From an uncultured archaeon (GTDB lineage: Archaea > Asgardarchaeota > Lokiarchaeia > Sigyniarchaeales > SOKP01), in contig CAZALK010000010.1 in the NCBI GenBank assembly GCA_964486045.1, forward strand, positions 1-64,000: a stretch of 64,000 bases of DNA, written 5' to 3'. The position numbers were made by a program, and so were the translations under genes. Below are positions 33,487 to 42,413 of this stretch, piece after piece. The first letter of the stretch is position 1; each line of letters opens with the position of its first letter. The notes under the pieces were generated by a model. The model had not been told where the DNA came from, ran no database searches, and saw nothing but the letters and a program-made list of their open reading frames with translations.

Positions 33487-34278
33487 GTGGGGATAATAGG
33501 AAAAGAAATAGATTTAGCAAAAAAAGTGTTTAAAGATGGTTTTGATGCATTAAGCGATTATTTTAATGAAAGACGATCAGATACTGTTGTAGAAAATCAA
33601 AAGAAAGCTAAGAAAGGTAAAGTAGCATTAGCAAAATTCTCTAAGGGTTTAATAGGTAAAACAGATAAGATTAATTTTAGAATTTTAATAGGTTATAAAA
33701 AAGTCCTCGGGGACTTCATTTATGAGGCGGTTTATTTAACCAATAAAAAAGAACCTCGAATTTTCGTATATGAAATAAATCAAGGAAAACCATGCAATAC
33801 AATCCTAATGAATTTTAAGGAAGAAACGTGGAGTGGTTTTAAGAAAATTCAAAAATACAAATCTTTAACCAAATTTTTGCAAGTTGTATACAAAGAGGGA
33901 ATTTATTACAAAAAGAAAAAGGAAAAAAAGGAAAACGCTCTAAATATTTTGATAAAAGGCTTTAAACGCTCCTTGGAAGCTGTTGGAGATGACGAAAAAT
34001 CTAAGAAGGGAAGTAATAGTCCAATTGCTAGGAAAATCGCTAAAGTAGTTGCAATTGCAGCGGTAACAACAATAGTTTCTATAGTACTATCTCCAGCCGT
34101 TGGTGTTGTTGCTCACGAAATAGCTGGAGGTGGTACGCTTGGAACGGATGTACTCGGACATGCAGGAGAAGCAGCAATGCAGGGACTTAAAAATTTATCT
34201 GATCCTACTAAATTAGCTAAAAAAGTGGTTACCAAAATAATAACTAAAGGTAAGGATATCCCTGGTACTGACCAGTAG
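33487..34278 (+). CDS. Hypothetical basic protein with a C-terminal Ala/Gly-rich hydrophobic segment
   Basis: 263-aa open frame. Hydrophobic stretch VVAIAAVTTIVSIVLSPAVGVVA followed by Gly-rich sequence. Confidence 0.6.
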   Translation: MGIIGKEIDLAKKVFKDGFDALSDYFNERRSDTVVENQKKAKKGKVALAKFSKGLIGKTDKINFRILIGYKKVLGDFIYEAVYLTNKKEPRIFVYEINQGKPCNTILMNFKEETWSGFKKIQKYKSLTKFLQVVYKEGIYYKKKKEKKENALNILIKGFKRSLEAVGDDEKSKKGSNSPIARKIAKVVAIAAVTTIVSIVLSPAVGVVAHEIAGGGTLGTDVLGHAGEAAMQGLKNLSDPTKLAKKVVTKIITKGKDIPGTDQ

Positions 34279-34355
34279 TCTTAAAAATAGTAACATACTT
34301 AACTTATTCTTTTTTCTTTTTCTTAATTTAAGCTACCTTTTAATTATTCAAGTGA

Positions 34356-34844
34356 GTGATTCAAATTTCAATTCTTAGAGAAAGAAATATAAATCGGGGT
34401 GTGTTGATATCTTCATTAATAACTGTTGGATCTTACATAATAGTTTCTATTATATCCACTGTAATGAGATTTGGTTTTGCTGGATTTTACCTTTTTGCTG
34501 ATATAAATTTTGTATTAGGAACAATTTTTGGGGTAGTCATCACATTAAACAATCGATTAGAACATCAAAGTATTTTAAAAAGTGGTGTAATTGTTGGTTT
34601 AGCTGGAGGTCTTTTGTCTTCTTTCTTTATTAGCTTATATGAAATGATTATAAGCGCAATATTTTTTAGTCCGAACGTTGCCATCTTCTTTTTTTTCTTA
34701 GGACTTTCACTTATTACGGGGATTGTTGTTGGATTAATAGGAGGAGCCCTCATTGGCACCTATTACACGTATAGAGATTTGAAAAATGTATCTGAAGAAG
34801 AAACAATAGATGATGATTTTTTTGATGATCTTATTAAAAAATGA
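34356..34844 (+). CDS. Small four-helix membrane protein with an acidic tail
   Basis: Four hydrophobic segments with GxxxG motifs. Tail EEETIDDDFFDDL. Confidence 0.75.
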   Translation: MIQISILRERNINRGVLISSLITVGSYIIVSIISTVMRFGFAGFYLFADINFVLGTIFGVVITLNNRLEHQSILKSGVIVGLAGGLLSSFFISLYEMIISAIFFSPNVAIFFFFLGLSLITGIVVGLIGGALIGTYYTYRDLKNVSEEETIDDDFFDDLIKK

Positions 34845-34923
34845 TGAAAACTATAGCTTTTTAGAATGTAAAGGCAAATATTTTTATTTAAAATTAAAAA
34901 AAAGTAAAGTTTAGTATTTGACT

Positions 34924-35862
34924 TTACATTAATGAAGCAAGGGAACTTCCTAAAGTCTCTTTTATTGGGTTTCCTTTTAGCAATTCCTTTTCAACTCGCT
35001 CAGCTAAGAGTTGAGGTGTAAATCGTTCTCCGTTGTTACTTATTTGTTTAAGAGTTGTCCATCCACTTAATGAAAATACACTATCACTTACTACTCTAAA
35101 AACTTCCCCTGTAATCCCTTTTGCTTCATCCGAAGCTAAAAATGTAACCATAGGGGCAACATTTGCAGGATTGAATACATCGAAACCTTTTTTATCTAAA
35201 GTGCTCATTGTTTGTACCATTTTAGGTGTTGCGTCTGTAGTGAGTCTAGTCCTTGCAACTGGTACTATACAATTTATGGTAGCATATTTTTTTAACTCCA
35301 TAGCAGCAATATTTGTAAAGGCTGCAATACCTGCTTTTGCGGCACCATAATTTGCTTGACCCATATTTCCCAATAACCCAGCGTCAGAGGCAGTATTAAT
35401 CACTCTCCCAAAGTTTCCTTTATCAGGATTTGTTTTTCCTTGTTCTCTAAAATATGCAGAAGCATGACGAGTCATGTTAAACGTACCCTTTAGATGCACT
35501 GCTACTACATCATCAAACTCTTTTTCGGTCATATTAAAAAGCATACGGTCTCTGAGGATACCTGCATTATTAACAACAATATCAAGCTTTCCAAATTCAC
35601 CAATAGCCTGATCAATCATTGCTTTAGCCTTATTAAAATCTGTTACAGAATCATAATTCCCTACAGCTTTAACACCTAATTTCGTTATTTCCTCTGCAAT
35701 TTGGTCAGCCACTTTATTTTCAGCACCACTACCATCGAAAGCACCACCCAAATCATTTACAACAATATTACAACCTTCTTTAGCAAATAATAGTGCTTCT
35801 TCTCGCCCTAATCCGCGACCAGCACCTGTGATTATGGCGACTTTTCCACTCAACATTCCCAT
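34924..35862 (-). CDS. SDR-family oxidoreductase (hydroxyacyl-CoA dehydrogenase/MFE-2-like)
   Basis: TGAGRGLG, VVNDLG, NNAGILRD, GQANYGAAK. Confidence 0.92.
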   Translation of the reverse strand: MGMLSGKVAIITGAGRGLGREEALLFAKEGCNIVVNDLGGAFDGSGAENKVADQIAEEITKLGVKAVGNYDSVTDFNKAKAMIDQAIGEFGKLDIVVNNAGILRDRMLFNMTEKEFDDVVAVHLKGTFNMTRHASAYFREQGKTNPDKGNFGRVINTASDAGLLGNMGQANYGAAKAGIAAFTNIAAMELKKYATINCIVPVARTRLTTDATPKMVQTMSTLDKKGFDVFNPANVAPMVTFLASDEAKGITGEVFRVVSDSVFSLSGWTTLKQISNNGERFTPQLLAERVEKELLKGNPIKETLGSSLASLM

Positions 35863-35988
35863 ATTTTTTCACTTTTTATTTTTTCAGTATGATTTCTGAT
35901 AAATAAAAGTCAATTGCAAGTTTAAAAAATTTTAAGGATTTTGCTTAATAAAGAAAAAACGTCTTAAACAACTTATGAGGGATTATGA

Positions 35989-36486
35989 TTGGAAACAATT
36001 ACACACAATCTAATTGCAGTAATTATTCAAATTTTGTGTTTTAAATTTGGATTCTTTCCTTTGAATATTATTTTGACTATAATTTTTGCTTTTTTATTTC
36101 ATATTATCACTGACGCTATAGCTATTATTACATACCATACTCCAGAGATCCAGAAAAATAAATTTTGGATTGTTTGGCACGTGATAATTTATTTTCTAAC
36201 CGTTTTATCGATGATAATCTTCGTTATTTCCTTCTGGTTGGCCCTCTTATTTTCTAATATCATGGATATTTGGGATTGGTTTATTTTAAGACCTATTCAG
36301 AACAGAAAGAAGAAAATTAATCCAGAAACTAATTGGGGAGAAAAATATTATTTCCATAGAATTGTTGATGCAACGAGAAACAAAATTTTCTATTGGCTTC
36401 CTAAATGGAATTATAAGAAAGGATGAATACTTATTGAGGTTGCTTTTATGATTATTTTAATTGTATTTATAATTCTTCTTCTTTAA
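35989..36486 (+). CDS. Membrane protein with an in-frame TGA at 36424-36426 before a probable last transmembrane helix
   Basis: ETITHNL...HIITDA...YHTPE...DIWDW...YFHR. After KKG* the frame continues ILIEVAFMIILIVFIILLL* to TAA at 36484-36486. Confidence 0.6.
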
Positions 36487-36491
36487 ATACT

Positions 36492-36887
36492 TCAGAAACT
36501 GAAATTCTTAAATTCCTTAATATAAAATAAATGGCTCTGGCAGCTACAATCAGAAGAGCCAAAATCTTTAATACTGTTATCAGCGAACATTAATAAATCT
36601 TTAGCAATCATACATTCTAACCTTTCGCTAGAAGGAATTAAATATAATTTGGTAATAATGGACTTTTTTTGATTTAATAAATAATCTATATGCCAGTGAG
36701 TTTTTTTATCCTTTGAAGGCTTAATATGTCTTTTTACACGGTTTATTAGGGTAGAAGAACCATAATCTCCCATCGCAGATCCTATATAAAAGTAAAATCC
36801 TTGATTAAATAATATTTTACCAAGGGAACCGATATAGATTGCTTCTTTTTCAGAAATTTGAATTACTAGAATGTAAGTGCCTTTCAT
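36492..36887 (-). CDS. DUF123/Uri-superfamily (GIY-YIG) endonuclease
   Basis: KGTYIL...YFYIGSA...RVKRH...HWHIDYL...EC...FGSSDCSCQSHL. Confidence 0.88.
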   Translation of the reverse strand: MKGTYILVIQISEKEAIYIGSLGKILFNQGFYFYIGSAMGDYGSSTLINRVKRHIKPSKDKKTHWHIDYLLNQKKSIITKLYLIPSSERLECMIAKDLLMFADNSIKDFGSSDCSCQSHLFYIKEFKNFSF

Positions 36888-37061
36888 CTATTTACAATTT
36901 TTCTTATGATCAACATAGCAACTATCACAGTAAGAGGTGCCACAATTCTTACATATATTAGTACACACATCGCAAAGAGGATTACCGCAATCGTCACATT
37001 CAAATATTAATGTGTTAGTGTTTTCTCCGCAGTTTTCACATATAATTTCATCTTCACTCAC
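36888..37061 (-). CDS. 57-aa Cys-rich zinc-finger protein (not in the ORF track)
   Basis: GTG at 37061 gives MSEDEIICENCGENTNTLIFECDDCGNPLCDVCTNICKNCGTSYCDSCYVDHKKNCK*. It has five CxxC plus HxxxC. The TAG stop abuts the ATG of the next gene, and AGGTTGA lies upstream. Confidence 0.85.
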   Translation of the reverse strand: MSEDEIICENCGENTNTLIFECDDCGNPLCDVCTNICKNCGTSYCDSCYVDHKKNCK

Positions 37062-37393
37062 TTAATTCAACCTATTTAATTTAATAGAATTAATCAATAT
37101 AGTCGATTTAGGATAAAAATATCTTCTATTATTGGATAAATAAGTTAATTTTCCCGAATTGCTTCAAGGATTATTAAACAATTACTAAAACTTTTTTTTA
37201 ACTAGAAAATTCATGATTAATAATTAATCCAGAAAGCTTGTTATTTATGGAGAACACAGAAGAGTGAAAGGTACTTATAATTTCAGCCCATTAAATAAAG
37301 ATAAGATAGTTTTAGAAAAAAATAAATTAGTTTTAGTAAGAAGATAAGGAGAGCATTTTTCTTATTTTTTAATAATATTCGTAAAACCCACCC

Positions 37394-37539
37394 TCAATTT
37401 TGGATACTTTTATACGCATTATTAATGATTGTTTTATTTACATCAATAAAGGTTTTTTGTATCAATATCTTGCCATTAATTTTGTGATTCCCAAGTCCAA
37501 TTGTCCAGATCCAATTATGCCTACTTTCTAAATGTTCAC
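37394..37539 (-). pseudogene. Decayed 5' remnant of a 3-hydroxyacyl-CoA dehydrogenase-like gene
   Basis: GGAG then GTG: MNI*KVGIIGSGQLDLGITKLMARY*YK/(frameshift)TFIDVNKTIINNAYKSIQN*. This matches the Rossmann start KVGIIGSGxMGxGIA...GYxVxxxD. Confidence 0.65.
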
Positions 37540-37547
37540 AAATCTCC

Positions 37548-38342
37548 CTACTTTCTAAACTTGTTAAAATTTGGTTTCCTTTTTTCTAAAAATGCATCAT
37601 TTCCTTCCATCGCTTCCTCAGTGTCGTAATAGAGTGATAAACCCCCCATCCCTAGTTGGGTTACTCCAGCGACTCCATCTGTTTCAGCCAAAAATGAGTA
37701 TTTAAGCATTTTAAGAGCCGTAGGGCTTTTTTCCAAGATTTCCTTACACCATTGATCCACTTCTTCATCCAATTTTTCCATAGAAACCACAGAATTTACA
37801 AGTCCCATTTCCAATGCTTTTTGGGCAGTGTAACGTCTACACAAAAACCATATTTCTTTAGCTCGTTTAATTCCAATAGCTCTCATTAAATCTCCTGTAC
37901 CAAATCCTGGATCAAATGAACCCACACGGGGACCTGCTTGCCCAAACTGTGCATGATCTGCTGCAATAGTAAGATCACAGTTAACATGCCACACATGCCC
38001 ACCTCCTATAGCATAACCATTCACTCGAGCGATAACAGGTTTAGGTAAGGTCCTGATTAGCTGTGTGACACGTTGCCAACCTATCTCCAAGGGTAACTTA
38101 AATTCACCCTCTTGTGTATATCCACCCTTCTCACGAGTTTTTTGATCTCCCCCGGTACAAAATGCTTTTTCGCCGACTCCTGTAAACACAACGACACCAA
38201 TAGAATTATCCATGCACCTGGTGAAAGCATCTATTAACTCATGTACAGTTTGTTGTGTACATGCATTGTAACGTTGAGGTCGATTAATGGTTATACGAAC
38301 GGTATGATCCTTTTTTTCAAAAATTATATCTTTATATTCCAA
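37548..38342 (-). CDS. Crotonase-family enzyme of the MenB/BadI type (DHNA-CoA synthase or 2-ketocyclohexanecarboxyl-CoA hydrolase)
   Basis: INRPQRYNA, AFCTGGDQ, GYAIGGGH, QAGPRVGSFDPGFG, KRAKEIWFLCRRY, FLEKRKP. Confidence 0.85.
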   Translation of the reverse strand: MEYKDIIFEKKDHTVRITINRPQRYNACTQQTVHELIDAFTRCMDNSIGVVVFTGVGEKAFCTGGDQKTREKGGYTQEGEFKLPLEIGWQRVTQLIRTLPKPVIARVNGYAIGGGHVWHVNCDLTIAADHAQFGQAGPRVGSFDPGFGTGDLMRAIGIKRAKEIWFLCRRYTAQKALEMGLVNSVVSMEKLDEEVDQWCKEILEKSPTALKMLKYSFLAETDGVAGVTQLGMGGLSLYYDTEEAMEGNDAFLEKRKPNFNKFRK

Positions 38343-38455
38343 ATTTTTTCCAACTCTATGTTTTTAAAAAATCTAATTTGATGATTTATGATTTAATATG
38401 ATCTTAATATATTTTTTTCGTTTTTATGACTTTTACTTCAATTTATATTAGACCT

Positions 38456-38477
38456 TCGTGAAACCCGAGTTTCACGA
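38456..38477. repeat. Perfect 9-bp inverted repeat/hairpin (TCGTGAAAC-ccga-GTTTCACGA)
   Basis: Read directly from the sequence. Intergenic, about 115 nt upstream of the MenB/BadI start. Confidence 0.7.
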
Positions 38478-38557
38478 TCTGAAATTATAATATTATAAGG
38501 CTGCAGTTCTCCCTCCAAGAAGTAGAAAGATTATTTAACCGGTATATTAGTGTATTA

Positions 38558-39076
38558 CTAAAGTACTATTTTCTGCTTAATTTCTTGAACCATCTTGTAC
38601 CCATTTTCATTTATTTCTGTTATAATATCTCTTAATATTTCGTTAATAGACATACCATGTAAATCACACGATATATAAAGAAGTGATATAATTTCTTTTG
38701 CTAGCATTGAGATATTTTTAACATCACTTATCGGAATTCTAATACCAAGAGCCTTTAAATCCTGATGAGTTTCTCTTTCTTGTTGTCTAATTGTTATAAG
38801 GATATCGTTTTTTCTTCCTTTCCATTCTTCGGTTATAGCTCGTAAAGATAATATATATTTTTTAGTAGGACTTCCTACTCCCATAACATCTTTGGCAAAT
38901 TCTAATGGTTCAGAATTTCTAATGGTCTTTAAACCAAATGTTCTATTAATCTTGTAGTTCTTATCCAATTTAACTTTCATTTTTGAGATTTCATCAGTTA
39001 GTTGCTCAACTCTTAATGCTAACTTTTCAAATTTTTCAAGAAATATTTCCTCAATATTTGATTCATAGTGACTCAT
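38558..39076 (-). CDS. Hypothetical protein with an N-terminal coiled coil
   Basis: 172-aa ORF with heptad-like LALRVEQLTDEISKMKVKL. Confidence 0.7.
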   Translation of the reverse strand: MSHYESNIEEIFLEKFEKLALRVEQLTDEISKMKVKLDKNYKINRTFGLKTIRNSEPLEFAKDVMGVGSPTKKYILSLRAITEEWKGRKNDILITIRQQERETHQDLKALGIRIPISDVKNISMLAKEIISLLYISCDLHGMSINEILRDIITEINENGYKMVQEIKQKIVL

Positions 39077-39261
39077 TATGATTACAGGAACAGAATTTAC
39101 ATAGATACTTTTTGATTATCTGTTTAATAAAATTAATTATTAAACTATTAATCTATTGAGAATTTTTAATTTTTAATCAAAAGATCAACTAATAATTACT
39201 TCATCATACACTTAATACGCAAAAAAAAAGAATTTTATTTGATAAAAAGGTCAGGTGTTAG

Positions 39262-40503
39262 TTAAGCATCCTCATTACTATTTTCAACTTTATTCCCGTT
39301 TCCTTCCTTAATCTCTCCGGAATCCAATTTCTCTTTATTATCTTCTTCCATAACGGGTTGAGATTCATATGGACTAGGTTCAAGGGACGCTATCTCTTTT
39401 TCTTCTTCTGTTCCGTCTTCCCTTGGTTTTTTTCGGTCCTTATGATATTTATGGATCTCATATATCCCGATTACGACTAACAACGCGATAAAGAAAGCTA
39501 ATACAGAAATATTTTTTATGTGGTTAATCAAGTCGTTATTCAAGGCACTTAAAATATCTGAAAAAGGAATGGTCACTACATTGAAGATTTCGTATGGGAA
39601 GTAATGTATAAATTCATAAGTAACTTTTGAAAGAATTAACCAAATGATTATTGTATCCATTCCAAATCTTTTTATTCTTTTGCTAAGAAGTTCTGCCTGC
39701 GAGCCCATGAGAGTGCTGAGTGAGTAAAAGACAATAAATAGATCGGGTAATATTAGGGCTACATAAGCCCAAATTGAAGCTAATTCCTTTGGATCTGTGT
39801 TTGTACCCACTAAACCCATATAAATTTTAAGCACTAAAAATAATGAGTATATTGATATTAAAATTGTAAATAACCCGAACCACCCATTAAAACTCTTCTT
39901 GAACATATAAATTAAACAAATTATAGCCAGTCCGATTAACACACCCCCAACAATAAGAAAAACTCCGTTCAAATACCAAGGAAAATCTATTCGTTTTTCA
40001 AGTATAATAGAGAAATCAAATATTGTGGGTCCTATAATAAATAGAAATAATAATAACAGCGCGATCGCTAAACCCCCAAAAAAGATAAGGAACCTCAAAA
40101 AAGCACTTCCGCTTCCTTTATGGACTAATTTATCATCTACCTTCTTACCAACTAAATAACAACCATAAAAGATAAACCAACTTGTAAAAAAGACGTAGGT
40201 GATTACTGCAATAGCAAACATAAAAACTAAAACTACAGATATTAAGAGCATTATTGGTAACGAAACCAGAAGAAACAATATTGTTTTCCCCACTGAATAT
40301 TCAAAGATATCTCTTTTAGAGATAAGAGAGAGTAAAAATAGGAACATTAGAAATACCAAAAAAGGCAGAAAGATCAGAATGCCAATAAATGAAACATCTG
40401 GATTGGGATAAGGAATTACCGCTACTCCTATTAACAGCCAAATTACAAGTGCTGTTAATCTCCAGTTTTTACCTATTTTCTTTAAATTATCAATAATATC
40501 CAT
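39262..40503 (-). CDS. Polytopic membrane protein (about 10 TM) with an acidic cytoplasmic tail
   Basis: Many hydrophobic segments and a Glu-rich C-terminus. Confidence 0.8.
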   Translation of the reverse strand: MDIIDNLKKIGKNWRLTALVIWLLIGVAVIPYPNPDVSFIGILIFLPFLVFLMFLFLLSLISKRDIFEYSVGKTILFLLVSLPIMLLISVVLVFMFAIAVITYVFFTSWFIFYGCYLVGKKVDDKLVHKGSGSAFLRFLIFFGGLAIALLLLFLFIIGPTIFDFSIILEKRIDFPWYLNGVFLIVGGVLIGLAIICLIYMFKKSFNGWFGLFTILISIYSLFLVLKIYMGLVGTNTDPKELASIWAYVALILPDLFIVFYSLSTLMGSQAELLSKRIKRFGMDTIIIWLILSKVTYEFIHYFPYEIFNVVTIPFSDILSALNNDLINHIKNISVLAFFIALLVVIGIYEIHKYHKDRKKPREDGTEEEKEIASLEPSPYESQPVMEEDNKEKLDSGEIKEGNGNKVENSNEDA

Positions 40504-40587
40504 AAAAGATTAGTCAGACTTAATATATTTAAACTTTCTTATTCAATTGAGCAATTCATATATCAAGATAAAGGCTTTAAAAGCACT

Positions 40588-41391
40588 CTATTTCATAAAG
40601 TCGACTAAACTTTTTTGCGTAGTGAATTGATGAAAAGGAAGATGTAATTTCTTTTTTAACTCATTAGCTGATTCTGGTGCAAAACCAGCAAAATGATTGT
40701 TGACAATAATAAAGATTTCATGGATGTTTGGTATTTTGATTAATTTATCAATATTCTTACCTAAATCAGATAAAGATATCTTTTGTTCTCTTTGAATCCG
40801 GTTAAAAACAGTTATCTCTCGATTCCCTATGAGTCGTATATAGTAATTTCCTTGATTTTCTAAATAATATGGCATAACATCAGGTTTGTAAGTTGTTCCG
40901 AGAATAACTCTCTTACCATCAATAAAGTCAAAAAGAATTTCTGAGTTAAACCAGGAATTGTCTCTTAATTCAATTATGTATTTATATTCTAAAGGTATTT
41001 CTTTAACCAGTGATTTCAATTTTCTAAGATGACTCTCTATATAATTAAACCAAGGTGGAAATTGTAAGAGAAAATACTCAATCTTCGCGTTTAAAAGCCC
41101 CAAAGTGGAAAAAAAATTGTTAATGTTTATCTCTAAATCAGATCCCCTAAGGTTATGAGTTATTTTCTGCCATACTTTTACAACAAACCGGAAATTTTCT
41201 GGAACACGGTTTTTCCAATTTATTACCATAGTTTCAGTAGGTAAATTGTAAAAAGTAGAATTGATTTCAACAACATCAAAGATTTTTGAAAAATAGGGAA
41301 GATATCTAGACTTTTCTAACTGTTTTGGGTAAAAAGGGCCGACCCAATCTTTATAATCCCATCCTGCTGTTCCGATTTTGATTCTTACCAT
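40588..41391 (-). CDS. DUF72 (YecE) family protein
   Basis: IGTAGWDYKDWVGPFYP, VEINSTFY, LLQFPP, IELR, YIRLIG, NNHFAG. Confidence 0.92.
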   Translation of the reverse strand: MVRIKIGTAGWDYKDWVGPFYPKQLEKSRYLPYFSKIFDVVEINSTFYNLPTETMVINWKNRVPENFRFVVKVWQKITHNLRGSDLEININNFFSTLGLLNAKIEYFLLQFPPWFNYIESHLRKLKSLVKEIPLEYKYIIELRDNSWFNSEILFDFIDGKRVILGTTYKPDVMPYYLENQGNYYIRLIGNREITVFNRIQREQKISLSDLGKNIDKLIKIPNIHEIFIIVNNHFAGFAPESANELKKKLHLPFHQFTTQKSLVDFMK

Positions 41392-41552
41392 TTGAGAGAA
41401 AATGAAACCTTATGTTATTTTAATGATTCAATATTTTTCTAAACTGAAAAAATTATTTTTTATATATAATTGATTGTAGTTTTAAGATATAGATTGAAGA
41501 AAATTTATATTTATAGGTGAAGTGTGGTGATGTTTGTGATGAGGTGGGGCAT

Positions 41553-42269
41553 TTGATCGATTGGGACTTAGCTGAATCAAAACCAGATAAAAATCAATCC
41601 ATCGAAGGAAAAAAACTATTAGAATTCAGAGCGAAAATTGAGAGTCTTGAAAAAAAATTTTCTCAAAGGGATAAAGAACTGGAAGATGAGTTGAAAATAA
41701 TTAAAGAAAAATTGACAGAACGAGAAAAAAGCTTAATTCAACTCACTGGAAAAAGGTCTTCAGCAAGAAAATCAGTTGATAAAATCAAGGAAGAGAAGTT
41801 GCATGCGGATATCGAAGTTACAAAATTAACCGCTGCAAAATCAGAATTAGAAAAAAAATTAGCTGAATCTACCGAAAAAATTACTGTATTGGAAGGTCAA
41901 TTAAAGAATATCATTATAAAATTTGAAGAAATAGAGAAAAAAATTTTGGCAAAGGAGAAGGACAATCAACATCGAGAAGAAGAAATGTTGGTTAAAACGA
42001 AAAAATTACTAGAAAAAGAAAAAAAAATACAGAGCATTAAAACTGCAATAGATCAACGCGATAGAGAAATTGAGTTTCTTAAAAAGAACTTAGAGGTAGA
42101 GAAAGGAAAAACATCTTATCAAATGAAAAGGGTTGAATCTATAGAAGCTCAAATAATAATGGCAGAAAATGTATTAAAGATAATAAGTAAAATCAAAGAT
42201 TCAATTGGGGTTAAGGGATTTTTATCAGACAAGGAGCTTGAATCATTTCTGACAGAAATAAATGATTAA
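41553..42269 (+). CDS. Coiled-coil protein, paralog 1
   Basis: TTG at 41553 follows the SD-like GAGGTG (41541-46). Head IDWDLAESKP, continuous heptads, tail KGFLSDKE. Confidence 0.8.
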   Translation: MIDWDLAESKPDKNQSIEGKKLLEFRAKIESLEKKFSQRDKELEDELKIIKEKLTEREKSLIQLTGKRSSARKSVDKIKEEKLHADIEVTKLTAAKSELEKKLAESTEKITVLEGQLKNIIIKFEEIEKKILAKEKDNQHREEEMLVKTKKLLEKEKKIQSIKTAIDQRDREIEFLKKNLEVEKGKTSYQMKRVESIEAQIIMAENVLKIISKIKDSIGVKGFLSDKELESFLTEIND

Positions 42270-42413
42270 GAAAATTGTATTGTTCTAATAATTACACAAA
42301 AGTGAATAATATTTTGATGAAAAAATTAAATATAAGAGATTTTAATAGAATTAATATATAATTAATATAAAAAAAAAAAATACCAAATTTGAATTGCCCA
42401 AAGGTGAAATAAT

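Noticed and set aside
33348-33533. 61-aa ORF overlapping the start of 33487..34278
   Set aside because: Low-complexity AT-rich translation with no motif, and it overlaps a better ORF.
36424-36426. Selenocysteine recoding of the in-frame TGA
   Set aside because: The context is not a redox motif and I could not see a SECIS-like hairpin downstream. Mutation or error is simpler.
37520-37559. Direct repeat CCTACTTTCTAAA x2 as an integration site
   Set aside because: The copies are only 27 nt apart with no cargo or integrase. They are explained by the crotonase 3' end and the start of the pseudogene.
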